This document shows positions 49,401 to 62,603 of a stretch of 64,000 nt of DNA, in pieces (positions within the stretch are counted from its first letter, which is position 1; each line of letters opens with the position of its first letter). This stretch comes from Lama glama (taxonomy: Eukaryota): positions 23,810,001 to 23,874,000 of the forward strand of contig CM052818.1 of the NCBI GenBank assembly GCA_028534125.1, written 5' to 3'. Both the position numbers and the translations under genes were made by a program. The notes below the pieces were generated by a model. That model had not been told where the DNA came from. It did not search any database and saw only the letters and a list, made by a program, of their open reading frames with translations.

Positions 49401-52400
49401 TCATGATTATTAGCTGTTTTTCATATAGGAACTTAGGATTTAATTTACTTTAGTATTTAGTGTTTAGTATTTTCTGCATTTTAATCCTTTTACATTCTGA
49501 TTTTATTAGGAAAACATTGTCTTACAACGCACTTTGAACTCCACAGAGGAAATGTGGTTAGCAGAGCCAATCTTGTTGGTAGAGCAACCTCATAAAAATG
49601 TGGGTCAGGTACAATGTTAAAGTGCTGATGGAGACCAAACAACAAACAAACAAGCCTCTTACTATCAGAGACTGAGTTTGAAAAATCGTGAGAGAACAAA
49701 CATGGGGATAAGATATAGCCTCCTCTGATACTTTGAAAAAATTGGCTAAAAAATTGGCTTCATATTGATTCTGTTTCCACTTTTCCAATTACCCATCTTC
49801 TCACTTCCTCTTTTCTGCTGCTTATTTCTTCTTTTTCCTGCCTGAATCTCACTTTTCACAGAGATTCCTTTATAGTTAAATGTTTCTGCATTTGTCTTCT
49901 TGGTATAAAACCTTATAATGATCTCACATATAAAACTGTGAGTTTTGTTTTTAAAAAACTGAAGAATCATCATCTTGTGATTCCTCTTGTTCAGAAAATT
50001 ATTTGAGGCCATACCATGTTTTTTCTATCTTTCTTTAAGCCTAGAAATTCTATAATATGAATGATTTTCTTCCCTGCTATTTCTCCAGAATCTTTCTTTT
50101 TAACCTTTGTCAGTATCTCGCAGGTCTGCACTTGAATCTAAAAATCATAGGATTAAAAAAATTGCTCAGCCATGATCTAATTGCTATTGTCATCTTTCTT
50201 AAATACAGTTTCAGATGACAGAATTAGAGAAACTCATTTTTTTTCATGTATTGATACATGATAGAAAACATCTTTGCACATACAGTTATTACTCAGATGT
50301 GAGATTACTACTTGGAAAAATAGTTCATTTGTATGAGAAATAAAAGTTGTCATGCTCATTAACACAGTTTCCTTTTCAATTTCTGGACCTCCAACAACTT
50401 TCTACGTCTTTTGGATTCTGTGAAGATAATTAACTTGTTAACTTATCACTCTGTATTCAATGTTCTAAAATTTTCTGAGATTAAATCTTCATGTTTTCTT
50501 CTTGTTCACCCAGAGACTGTGAATTGACAAAGTAGTCAAAATTATTGTTTTTTTAGATTGGCTTGAAATTTTTCTTTTCTTTTTTAATCTTGCTAAAAAT
50601 GTACAATCCGCACACACAGAAAATTTGTAGAAGGAGGCAGAAAAGGAAAAAACAGAAAGTAAGAGCCTTCCTCTGTGTATTCAGATTGTATTTTCCCCCC
50701 TCTCTCCTTTCTTTGATATACAAAAGGCCTTGATGTGTCTGGGAGTATATGAGGATGTTAAATGTGCAGTCTCACTGACTGCAGGAGAGTCAGGAAGGAG
50801 GGGTTTATTTTTGCTTTTCTCTGCCCTGTGTTCATTTTTCCTGTTGCATAAGCTTCTTATCGACATTAATTTTAGCCTCCAAAGATGTTTCGCATACCAC
50901 AGAATTATAATGTAGTGTCTAAAATAGTGCTGCAAACCATAGTTTCAAATACATTAGGAAGATGAATCATTTCCTTAACACGGGCCACTGTGTTATTTGA
51001 AGTGATTACTTATGACACAGAAGCAATACATAATTAAGCAGTGTGTGACACGCAGAAAAGAAATCAAGGAAATTCAAACAATAAATGCTGCTTCTGTTCT
51101 TCATGGAGGGTAGGGGAAATCTGTAGCTCTTTCTCATTTCCATTTTGAAGTGAAGAGGTTTTGAGTATCGTATCTACATATCCCAGTAGGAAGATCTGGG
51201 TGGGCTGCAGAAACGAAGAAATGGGCTGAGGCTGGTTTACGTCATTTTGGGTTACACATTCTCTACAAAACTATTACTAGATGTACATTATTGGTGTTGT
51301 ATCTTTTTTTTTATTTGAGTGTTACTTCTTTTCTAGGTATGTGCTACATTCTTTTTTACCCTTCTTGAAATAGTTTCAAGATCGAAATTTGTGCCAACTC
51401 TGAACAGCAAGAGGAAAGGGAGAAGGGGTTAGCTATTTCTAACGCATTCAAGTACATACGATTCTCACATCTTTTTTCCAGGCTTTCACTCTTAACAGCT
51501 ACACCAGTAGCACGGTGAATACTAATGAACTGTAAAAAGGACATCAATCATGGTCCATCCAGTCTAGGGACTTAACCATGTACAAAGTAATAGTCCCTCT
51601 GGCTTAATGAAGCCTTCTTAAAGAAAAACAATTTGCATTCAAGTTCAGATGAGCTATCAGAGAGCTTGTAAAGGAGGAAAATAACACTTCTCACCCTGAG
51701 TGATCTCAGAAATTAGCCTGTACAGTTTTTAAGGGCAGACACTACTGCAGGGAACCTCTATCATCTTAATTCTCCTTCCTCTGTTTATTGCTCCTCCTCA
51801 AAGTCCTGGGCATATAATGCTTACTGAACAAGTGTTGGAAAAAATATCACAGGAGAAAAAGCATTGAAGTGCAGTATTAGAAAATAAACGGTCACAAACA
51901 GCTGGGCTTAGTCAGATTTACAACAGCAAATATTTTTTTTCCTGCAATCTGAGGTTTGCTGCCAACCTATAGAGGTCAAATTAATCTCTCTCTCAGACTT
52001 AAGCTTCATCTTTTTGCCATCTTCTTAGACTGTGTGTCTATATTCTATATATTCCTCCTTTCTGATGACAAATAAGTTTCAGGAGTGGTTTTGAAACTCA
52101 CAAGCTTTGGGATAAAATTAATATAAAGTGAAGCTGCTGATCAAATACATATCAAAGACACTGTCACAGCAGCTATATTCCTGGATTCATTGCATCATTT
52201 TATAAAACTCAGTTTGCAAGAAGCTCATGATTAACCCTGAAAAGCACTGAAAAGCAGAGATGCCAAATAATAGCAAATTGCAATGTGTTGTAACACTGAG
52301 AGACTGTGTAACTTATGCTAGCACATGTTATTTCCCATAGTCGGCTCAGGACTCTCCTATCCTTCGAGGCCTTTCTGAAACCTACTCCCACCATGAAGTT

Positions 52401-52664
52401 TTCCGAACTCATTAAAAAATAAAAGTAATTATTATAAAACAGACACATCCACATTTTAAATAGTAACATATTTGATGATGAATGCAAAGAGTGCTTGGAC
52501 CAGGGACCACATTGTACATTGAGTTACTAAATTAATTTCACGTACGAGTGAGTCTATTTTTCTTCTCTTGCTATTCTCACCATATACAATTAGATGAGCT
52601 TCCACAGGAAACAATCTTAGCTGAATTCCTACTTCTATCTGAGGGAGGAGGTAAGAAAAAATAT

Positions 52665-53530
52665 GGGGTATTAGTCACATATTGCTACAATAATGCTGCG
52701 TGACAAAAAACCACGAAATCTTAAGCCCACAATCACAATCATAAGCATCTATTTTTCCCTCTGATGTCAGTGGGCATGGCACTGCCTCAGCCTGTGTAAC
52801 TACAATTTGGGGGACTTTACTCCTCCTGGTTCATGCTGGAGCCAAGGCTGAGGTGGCAGTGGGTACCTGAGCCACACTCTTCTCATGGAAGAGATCTCAA
52901 GCCCCGAGAGGGGCAAGTCAAACTACGTGGTGTCTCTTAAGGCCAAGACTCAGCACTTAACCACTATCCCCAGACCCTGTGGTCCCCTGGATAAATCAAG
53001 ACCTTTGGTCTAGGATAATATCAGTGAATTAGGAAAATATACTCTTGCTATGGAAGGGCAGGGTGTATAAGAATTGAATATATATTGAGAAATATTCTAA
53101 ATCTCCCCTAACCTCCTCCCTTGTTCAGAAATACTCACATCTCTCTCATTTGCAGAAAGAGCATCATTCCAAGAAATCCCAGTCTCTTCCCCAAAGTCTT
53201 ATCCAAATAAAGCCTCAGGCTTGGAGGCCAGATGTGGTTCCTCATGATCCACAGACCTATTAACTAAATAGAAAAATTACCTGTTCTGTCCACAGGCAAC
53301 ATTAAATAGCACAAAAGGGACAGGACAGCTCCAGTAAATACTCCTATATAAAAAGGGGAATCCTAATGGGAAAATGTCACTAGGACCCTTATCCTGTCAA
53401 TATGGACTGTTCCTTGTGAACAAGCACTAATTCTGCTCCCTAGGAATAGTTCCTTAGGACATTGTTCTCTAGGGTTCTTAGTTTCACTAAGATTCTTCAT
53501 TTCTTCCTCCTCCTTTGCCACTTCAACAAA
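52665..53530 (-). mobile_element. MaLR LTR (MLT1H/I-like, to ~53110) with adjoining MLT1 internal sequence
   Basis: TATTAGTCACATATTGCTACAATAATGCTGCGTGACAAA..; the internal part has CCCAAAGTCTTATCCAA..GATCCACAGACCTATTAACTAAA..GGGACAGGAC..AAAAGGGGAA. Confidence 0.7.
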
Positions 53531-53544
53531 GTGCACATACCCTC

Positions 53545-53822
53545 TATTTCACTTATCTATTTCTGTGTAACAAACTACCCCCAAATCCAGTGATTTCAAA
53601 GAGCAATGACTTATTATTTCTCATGATTCTAAGGGCTGCCTGAATTTAACTAATGATTCTTCTACTCCATGTGGTGTTTTCTAGGGTCACTGCATTGAAT
53701 GTGGCTGCATTCAATTCAGAAGCTTGGCTGGGGCTGGAAAGTCTAAGATGGCCTCACTCGCAAGCCTGGCCATCAGTGCTGTCTGTTGGTGAGAACGACT
53801 AAACTTTCCCCTACGTGGCCTG
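53545..53822 (-). mobile_element. MaLR LTR fragment (MLT1F/G-like)
   Basis: TATCTATTTCTGTGTAACAAACTACCCCCAAATCCAGTG..GGCTGGAAAGTCTAAGATGGCCTCACTC. Confidence 0.75.
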
Positions 53823-53849
53823 TTGATGAGGCTGCCATCGCTCAGTGAG

Positions 53850-54090
53850 GCTTTGTTATGGCATGTAGTAAAGTTATTTGGAATCAGTTTGAGCCTTTTA
53901 AATTTTGCTTTCGAGACTTCTTAGATTAGATCCAGGGCAGTCTTTGGCCTAAGGTTCCTTTAACTCCATTAGTGAGGCAATATCCTACTCAAGACCCTCT
54001 GGTTGCCTCATGTATTACAAGTTCTCTCTGTTCTTGCTGGTGAGAATGCAAATATTCCCTGTCATTCTTTCCCCAACCTCATGGCCTTTA
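53850..54090 (-). mobile_element. Old LINE-1 5' fragment (L1MD/ME-like)
   Basis: AAGTTATTTGGAATCAGTTTGA..CCAGGGCAGTCTTTGGCCTAAGG..TATTCCCTG; antisense counterpart of 45510-45600-type sequence. Confidence 0.6.
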
Positions 54091-55874
54091 ATGAAGATCA
54101 AAAAAAAAAAATTTTACCAGAAGTAACAAAAGATAAGACACTGGCAACCTTGAAGTTTTGGTGAAGTTGTAGAATTAAAAGTCTAATTGAATTGGGTAGG
54201 TAACTTTTGATGATGACAAATTTAAATAGCTAAACACCTTAACTAGACATAATGATGCACAAATTCTTATTTATAACATTATTATTTTATATTTTTATAC
54301 CATTTGATTGGATTTATACCCAACAGGCAACTCCTACTTCTCTGAGAACTACCCACCACCCCAGCCCATGAAAGTATGTTACATGAACATTTCCTCTTGG
54401 CCCTAATTGATTTAACAAAATGGGCATATGAGACCCAACTCAACTCTACCAGTTTATTCCTCCATTAAGTTTGAAATGGCATTCAGAGATGTTAGTTAGG
54501 TTGTGCTAATCATTTGGATCAAGTACCAGTTCTTAAAACTACATAGAACTACTAGGTGAGAAAAGGAACATTTACACAAAGGAACATGAACAACAAACTA
54601 TGAACTCGAGAAATAGAGAACACTCTTATTTCCTGACATATTTCTTATTCCTGATTTTGGTTCCTCATGAACTCAACTGCCCTTTCTTTCCTTGGATTCC
54701 ATGACGTACTCATGTATCCTAACAATATAGTTTATTCCCCAACCAGCTGGCCTTAATATATCAATAGAAATTGAAAATCACTCTTTTCTCACATCAGTCA
54801 GATCCTTGAACTTCAGCTCATTTCCCTGCCAATCTCTTTCTCTGAGTGGTCTCAAGTCAAAAATGAAGGAAGAGAAGCCACCCTACAAACCATTAGGGTC
54901 TTTGGCCTAAGTCAGTTTTCAATAGAGAAAATAGGAAATCCAATAGTCATGATCACATCTTCCTATCATCAGTTTGATGACCTCCAATATAACCTACTTT
55001 AATAACTACATAAATACATGTGCACACTTAACACCAAAAGAGTGCTTCTTATTGTAAATATAGACTATATTCAAACTAAGCTCTGTTCTGAACAACCAAA
55101 CAGCCGGGAGCCAGGTATTACACACAAAGATAAGCAACAAGCCATCCTGATAGTTGGAAACTGACTATGGCATTTCCTAATAGATTTTGAAATTACTCAA
55201 ACTGCTAATTTCCTGAAGAATAGCAAGACTAGAAGGATATGGAAACCGTGTAGGCAGGTTACCATTAGAAAATAGCAGTGTTACTTTATTTACTACCTCT
55301 TAGACTAGCTTAATTCAAATTCATTTAAGCACAATGCTTCCCCATCTGCAAAGGAATAGTTTAAACATTTACGAGAAATTATTTTTATGATGCGACATAC
55401 ACTACTGGAAGCAAGACTTCACAATGTTCAAGAATATAAGGGAAAAAAACACAAATCACCAAACATGAGTGAGGAACAGCAAAATACATACATACATGAC
55501 TATATAAGAACTGATATGTATATCATTATATGCTTTGATAATGTAAATAATGTAACAGGACAAAAGAAGAAATGGTTCTTTTAATGTATCTTTTTGGTCA
55601 GTTTAGCTGATTATGTATGAATCTACTAATACCTTTTTTAGTTGTTATATTTACCACAAATAAAGCCATGGAAAGCCTTTTGTAATTCTTCCCATTCCTA
55701 AGATTTAATTGTTCTATTTTTAAGAAATGACATTAAGAAAATTCCAGTTCCAATCAGTCTCCCGAGTTCTATTGGTTGATATGCACAGGAGTCGCTGCCC
55801 TGCAGTGAAGGTGACTGGAGTGCTGGTACAGCTAGTCCTTTATCAGGACCATGCACCAGCTGCTCCTTTTTTTA

Positions 55875-58800
55875 GAGAGAATAAAATAGGTTCAATATGT
55901 TCCAAAGAAAAAAAACTCTTGAAACCAATCTTAAAGAAACACAAAGTGATTTACCTGATAGTTCAAAATAATAGTCATAAAGATGCTCATCAAGGTCAGG
56001 AGAGTAATGCATAAACAAAGTGAAAATTTCAACAAAGTATTAAAAAAAAAGAGTAAAGAAATCCATAGAGCTGGAGAATGCAATACCTGAACTGAGAAAT
56101 TCAATAGCCAGGTTCCACAGCAGACTTGATCAAGTAGTAGAAAGTATCAGCAAACACAAAGATAGGGCAGTGGAATTCATTCAATCAGAGGAGCAAAAAG
56201 AAGGTAAAAGAATGAAAATAGCTCACAGGATTTGGAGACAACCTCAGCAGACCCAAAAAGAGGTCCTAGAAGGAGAAGAGAGAGAGTGAAAGTGGCAGAA
56301 AGCCTATTGAAAAAAATAATAGCTGAAAAGTTCTTTAAATTGAGTGAAGAAAAAGATATACAGATCCAAGAAGCTCACAGAGTATCAAAAAAGATGACTC
56401 TAAAGAGAACCACACTTAAACCCTAAAATAGACTGTTATAATTAAGATGTTTTATCTAAATAAACATCATGATAACCACAAAGCAAAAACCTATTGTAGA
56501 TTCACAAAAGATAGAGAAAAGATTCAAAGCATACCACTGGAGTATAATCAAATCAAAGAGCAAGAGAAGAAGAAGGTAACAAAAGAATTATAAACCAGCC
56601 AGAACAAATAAACGAGAAGGCAAGAGTAATTCCATATCTATCACTTATTATAAATGTACTAAATTCTACAGTCAAAAGACAGAGTGGTTGAATGGATAAA
56701 AACCAATATCCAACTATATGCTGCCTATAAGGGACTAACATCAGCTTTAAGAATAGACAGACAGTCAACAGCTGGAAAAAGATATTCCATGAAAACTGAA
56801 ACCAAAAGAAATCAAGGGTAGTAATGTTTACATCAGACAAAATAGGCTTTAAGCCAAAAAGTAACAAGAAGCAAAGCAAAGCATGTCATTATATAATAGC
56901 AAGGAGGTCAGTTCATCAAGGGGATACAACACGTGTAAGTATTTGTGCACTGAACATACATAAAGCAAATGTTAACAGATCAGACGGGAGAAATAAACAA
57001 TACAATAATAGCAGGATACTTCAATATCCTACTTTCAACAATGGATAGAATAACCAGACAGAAAATGAATCAAGAAACATTGTGCTTAAACTTCACGTTA
57101 GACCAAATGAACCTAACACACATACGCAGAATGATCAACCAACAGCATCAGAATACACATGCTTCTCAAGCACACATGGCACATTCTCCAGATCATAGGT
57201 TACGCTGCACATAAACCTTAATAAATTTAAGTATACTGAAATCATCTTAAGCATCTTTTCCAATCACATGATATGAAAGAAATATCAATTATTAGAAGAA
57301 CTCAAAAAATTACAAAAATGGAGATTAAACAACATGCTTCTAAACAACCTGTGGGTCAAAGAAGAAATTTTTAAAAATTTAAAAATCTTGGGACAAATGA
57401 AAATGGAATCAATATGAACACTTACAGGGTGCAGCAAAACCAGTTCTAAGAGGGAAGTTTATAGTGATAAATGTGTACGTAAATAAAGAGAAACATCTCA
57501 CATAACCTAGCTTTGCCACTTAAGAAACTGAAAAAAAAAAAAGAGCAAACTAAGCCCAAGTCAGTAGAAGGAAATACCAAAGGTCAGAATGGAAATGAGA
57601 CAGACTAGAAAGACAACAGAAAAGAACAATGAAACAAAGGGTTGGTTTCAAAAAAAGAAACAAAATTGTCAATTCTTTAACTAGCCGAACTAAGAAAAAA
57701 AGAGAAGATTCAATTTTTTTTTAAAAAATCAGAGATGGAAGAAGAGACATTAAAACCAGTAACACAAAAATTTAAAAATTATGAGTCTACAAGGAACAAT
57801 TACATGCCAACAAATTGGAAACCTAGAAGAAATAGGTAAGTTCCTAGCAACATACTACCTACTAAGACTGGGTTATGAAGAAATAGGAAATCTGAACATA
57901 CCGGTATTGAGAAAGGGGATTAAATCAATAATCCCAGCAAATAAAAGCCCAGGATCTGGTGGCTTTATTCGTTCATTCTACCAAAGACTGAAAGAAGAAT
58001 TAATGCCAACCCTTACCAAACTCTTCCCAAAAATAAAACATAATACATGCAAACTCATTTTATACGGCCAGGATTACACTGATACTAAAGTTAAACAAGG
58101 ACCCTACAAGAAAAAAAGGCCAATATTAATAAACATAGTTGCAGAAGTTCTCAACAAAATACCAGCAAATCAAAAAAACAAACAAAAAACAAACCCACAA
58201 AATACCAGCAACTCATATTCAGCAGTACATTAAAAGGATCATATGTCATGATCAAGTGGGATTTATTTTTAGGATGCAAGGATGGTTCAAGATACATAAA
58301 TCTATAAATGTGATACATTGTATTAACAAACTGAACTATAAAAATCATGTGATTATTTCAATAAATGCAGAAAAAACTTTTGAGAAAATTCAACGTTATT
58401 TCATGATAAAAACCTCTCACCAAACTGAGCAAACAAGGAATTTCCCTCAACATAATGAAGGCTGTATATGACAAGTCCACAGCTAACATCATAGTGGTGA
58501 AAAGCTTAAAGTTTTCCTCTAAGTTCAGGAACAACATACCAATGCCCAGACTCCTACCTCATTTATTCAACATAGTACTGGAAGAAATTAAGCCAGAAAA
58601 AGAAATAAAAGGCATCCAAATTGAAAAGAAAGAAGTTAGACAGTAACTGTTTGCAGAGGACATGCTATTATACATTAAAAAAAACCTAAAGATTCCACCA
58701 AAAGCCTGTTAGAATAAATGAATTCAGTAAAGTGCAGGATACAAAATCAACATGTAAGTCTCAGTTCTGTTTCTATACTACAGTAATGAACTATCTGAAA

Positions 58801-59882
58801 GAGAAATTAAGAAAAAATCTTGTTTATAATGTCATCAAAAATTAAAATACTTTAGTAATAAATGTAACCAAGGAGATGAAAGATATGTACCATAAAATAT
58901 ACATATAACTTTGATTAAAGAAACTGAAGAAGATGCAAAAACATAGATATTCTGTGTTCATGAGCTGGAAGAATTAATATTGCTAAAATGTCCATACTAC
59001 TCAAAGCTATCTACAGATTTAATATAATCCCTATAAAAAATTCCAATGGCATTTTTCACAGAAATAGAAAAATCAATCCTAAGATTTGTATGGAATCACA
59101 GAAGATTCTGAAGAGACAAAGTAATACTGAGAAAGAAGGACAAAACTGGAGACACCACTCTTCCTGATTTCAAACTGTGTTACAAAGCTGTAGTAATCAA
59201 AACAAAATGGGTTTGGTGTAGAAACAGTTACATTGTTCAATGGAACAAACTACAGAGTCCAGAAGTAAACCCAGGCATCCACGGTCAATTGATTTCCAAC
59301 AAAGGAGTTAAGCATATATGATGGAAAAAGGATAGCCTCTTCAATAAATGTTGCTGAGAAACTTGATATCCACATGCAAAAGAACAAAACTGGGCCCCTA
59401 TTTTACCCTGTACACAGATAATCACCTGAAAATGGACTGAAGACTTAAACTGAAGACCTGAAACCATAAACCTTGTATAAGAAAACACAGGGGGTAAATT
59501 CCTTGACATTGGTCTTGGCATGATTATTTGGATTTGACACCAAAAGCAAAGGCAATAAAACCAAAAATCCACAAATGGGACTACACCAAATTAAAAAAGC
59601 TTCTGCACAGCAAAGAAAACCATCAACAAAATGAGCAGGCATTTTATGGAACAGGATAAAATATCTGCAAACCACATATGTCATAATGGGTTAATATCCA
59701 ACCTATACAGAGAACTCATACAACTCAACAGCAAAAAAGCAGTAGGCCAATTAAAAAGTGGGCAAAGCATCTAAATAGACTCAGACATTTTTCCAAAAAA
59801 GATATACAAATGGCTAACAGGTACATGAAGAGGTGGTCACCATCACTATTTATCAGGAAAATGCAAATCAAAACCACAATGA
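55875..59882 (+). mobile_element. Long decayed LINE-1 (partial ORF1, endonuclease, RT, C-terminal ORF2), cut by the assembly gap
   Basis: ORF1 peptide KKIIAEKFFKLSEEKDIQIQEAHR; EN peptide NTIIAGYFNILLSTMDR; RT peptide [24 protein letters not shown]; many frameshifts. Confidence 0.93.
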
Positions 59883-60382
59883 NNNNNNNNNNNNNNNNNN
59901 NNNNNNNNNNNNNNNNNNNNNNNNNNNNNNNNNNNNNNNNNNNNNNNNNNNNNNNNNNNNNNNNNNNNNNNNNNNNNNNNNNNNNNNNNNNNNNNNNNNN
60001 NNNNNNNNNNNNNNNNNNNNNNNNNNNNNNNNNNNNNNNNNNNNNNNNNNNNNNNNNNNNNNNNNNNNNNNNNNNNNNNNNNNNNNNNNNNNNNNNNNNN
60101 NNNNNNNNNNNNNNNNNNNNNNNNNNNNNNNNNNNNNNNNNNNNNNNNNNNNNNNNNNNNNNNNNNNNNNNNNNNNNNNNNNNNNNNNNNNNNNNNNNNN
60201 NNNNNNNNNNNNNNNNNNNNNNNNNNNNNNNNNNNNNNNNNNNNNNNNNNNNNNNNNNNNNNNNNNNNNNNNNNNNNNNNNNNNNNNNNNNNNNNNNNNN
60301 NNNNNNNNNNNNNNNNNNNNNNNNNNNNNNNNNNNNNNNNNNNNNNNNNNNNNNNNNNNNNNNNNNNNNNNNNNNNNNNNNN
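59883..60382. other. Assembly gap (exactly 500 N)
   Basis: Read directly. Confidence 0.99.
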
Positions 60383-62364
60383 CATGATAGTATACCCCTC
60401 TGCAATTTTACTTAGTAGAACATTTACTTTATTTTTGACACAATTCTTTTCTCATTGCATTTTTAACTCTATTCTCTACTCCAATGAGAATCATTTTATA
60501 CAATAACATAGATTTTTATATTCATATTATTTCCAGGTAAATGTTAATTATGACCTCATATGCTGCTCTAAATTCACCCATAGTTTACATCTCTAACCCA
60601 TCTATGTATCTTTGCTGGGTTGACCTTGCCCATCACCCCTCATACCCTACATTGTTGAACCAACCATACCCACCACCTCAATTCACTCCTCTCAATCTTA
60701 GTCATTCTCCCACTCCTGCAGTCAGTTAAGAGTGTAATATTTACTTAATTTCTCCCTGAATTCTAGAGTTTAAAAAAAAATCTCAAATTAAAAAAATCAG
60801 TTACTTCAAAGTCTCATTAGATTTGCTATCATATCTGAAGTCTGATTTCTCTGTTTTCCCATCTATTCCCTTTTTTCAAAATCAAGGTATGTTAAAGCTT
60901 GATTTTGTGATTTTTGTGTCTATTGTGTCTGTATTCATTGTTGGGAGCGTCTATCGTCCCAGCAGGTTGCTCAGTGAACAAAACACTCAGAGTGTGTCAT
61001 ACATGAAGACCACCCTGCCACACTTTGCAACCTGTTGGGATGGAGACTTCTTACACCCCTTCTGGGCTTTGCTAGAGAGTGATATTGTTTATTATGTTCT
61101 GATAACAAAAATTCCCACATATCCTGTTGCTAACAGCTGCTCTGTGAATGGAGGAAAGTGAGGAGGAGGAAATGGCAATTCTTATTAAATCAAACCCTCT
61201 TCCCAATCCAAAACCAAATTGCACTGGTTTGATGGGCCTCATGAGAGCCAGAAGGAATACTGGAGTACTGAATTTGTTTGCTTGAGTTGTAGAACCAAAT
61301 TTAAATTTAAATAGACAGCATAACTTGAAAATCTTCTGTGTATGACACAAGTCATGTAACTTACAGAACATCTGTCAAGATGGGAAGTTCGTTTCAGTTT
61401 TGCCATCTTTTACAAGTTAGCAGGTGAAGCTAGGAACACTACCAAGGTCAACAGCTGAATCTGAATTTTCTCTGAAGCACTTATCTCAAAATAGTTAAAC
61501 TCAAGTTTGATGGCTGAGAGTCAGGACAATGGAAGGAGGCTGAAAAAACAGTGGTAGAGCCCTCTGCTCTGAAGAAATCTTTCTTAATATGTGTTATAAT
61601 AAACAGTGCAAATAAAAATGTAAAAGCTGCAATTATCAAAGATGTAGATGATATAAACTCTCAGGCTATGTTATATCTGGTAGATCTAGCTGGAGTGGAA
61701 GGTTTAATATGTTGCACACTTCTATGTACGCCTATCAGGTTGACAGCTGATCCCATACCCTCTGCCACTTTAGCAAGTGACATATTAGCACTACTCGGTT
61801 GATTCTATACTTGAGTCATACTCATTAGTGTCTTGTGACAATGCTCAGTTTAAAAGCTGCCTTGAAGTCATTTTGATGACAGTATCTGGGCATAATACAC
61901 TTTAATACAATGCATTATCAAGCATAAACTTTACCTATCACTTCAGGGAAACTGATGAAATAGAAAATAGGTTAGAATTAATCTAATTAGTCTAATCTAG
62001 AATGATTCCAACTATAAAATAAAAAGTGACGTTTTTAAGAATTTATCAGGTATTGTGTTCTGCCCCTATGTCAGTTAACACAAGGGTGCAAATATTCTGA
62101 GGATTAGTGACTACCTATGGCTGTGTATTGATTGATTGCCTTGAAGTATTCCTAAGGGTTCATGGAACTGAATTTTTCTAGTGCTCCAGAACATGCTAGT
62201 ATTTTTCTTTTGCACAAATAAAAATCAGTCAAATCATAAAGAAATTATTCTTGCTTAAGCTTCTGAAGTCTAACTAAAACTAAAGATCCATCTAGTAGGC
62301 GAAAAGCATTTATTAAATTGAATTAGGTAGCAATGACCTTAACAATATTCATAAAAAAATAAAG

Positions 62365-62603
62365 CAACTAGCATTTCAGAGGGTTACTATGTACCAAATG
62401 ATATACTAGATATCATGTAAAACATTTTCTCATCCTCACAACCTCCCTCACCCCAGTATGGAATTATTATCCTCATGTAGCTTTGTAAAGATTGAAAAGT
62501 AAAGAACTGGATTGACTGGACCAAAGTTATGCAGCTAACTTACATGGCTGCTATAGTCAAACCGAATGTTTCTGGCTCCAAATCCCAACTCCTTACCACT
62601 ATA
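62365..62603 (-). mobile_element. MIR SINE
   Basis: TTACTATGTACCAAATG..TCATCCTCACAAC..ATTATTATCCTCATGT..TCTGGCTCCAAATCCC..TTACCACTAT. Confidence 0.75.

Noticed and set aside
51360..51529. Open minus-strand exon-like segment (FISIHRATG..)
   Set aside because: Weak donor (GTAAAA) and an unrecognised peptide.
59725..60415. Longest ORFs in the track (179-226 aa)
   Set aside because: Artefacts of translating the N gap.
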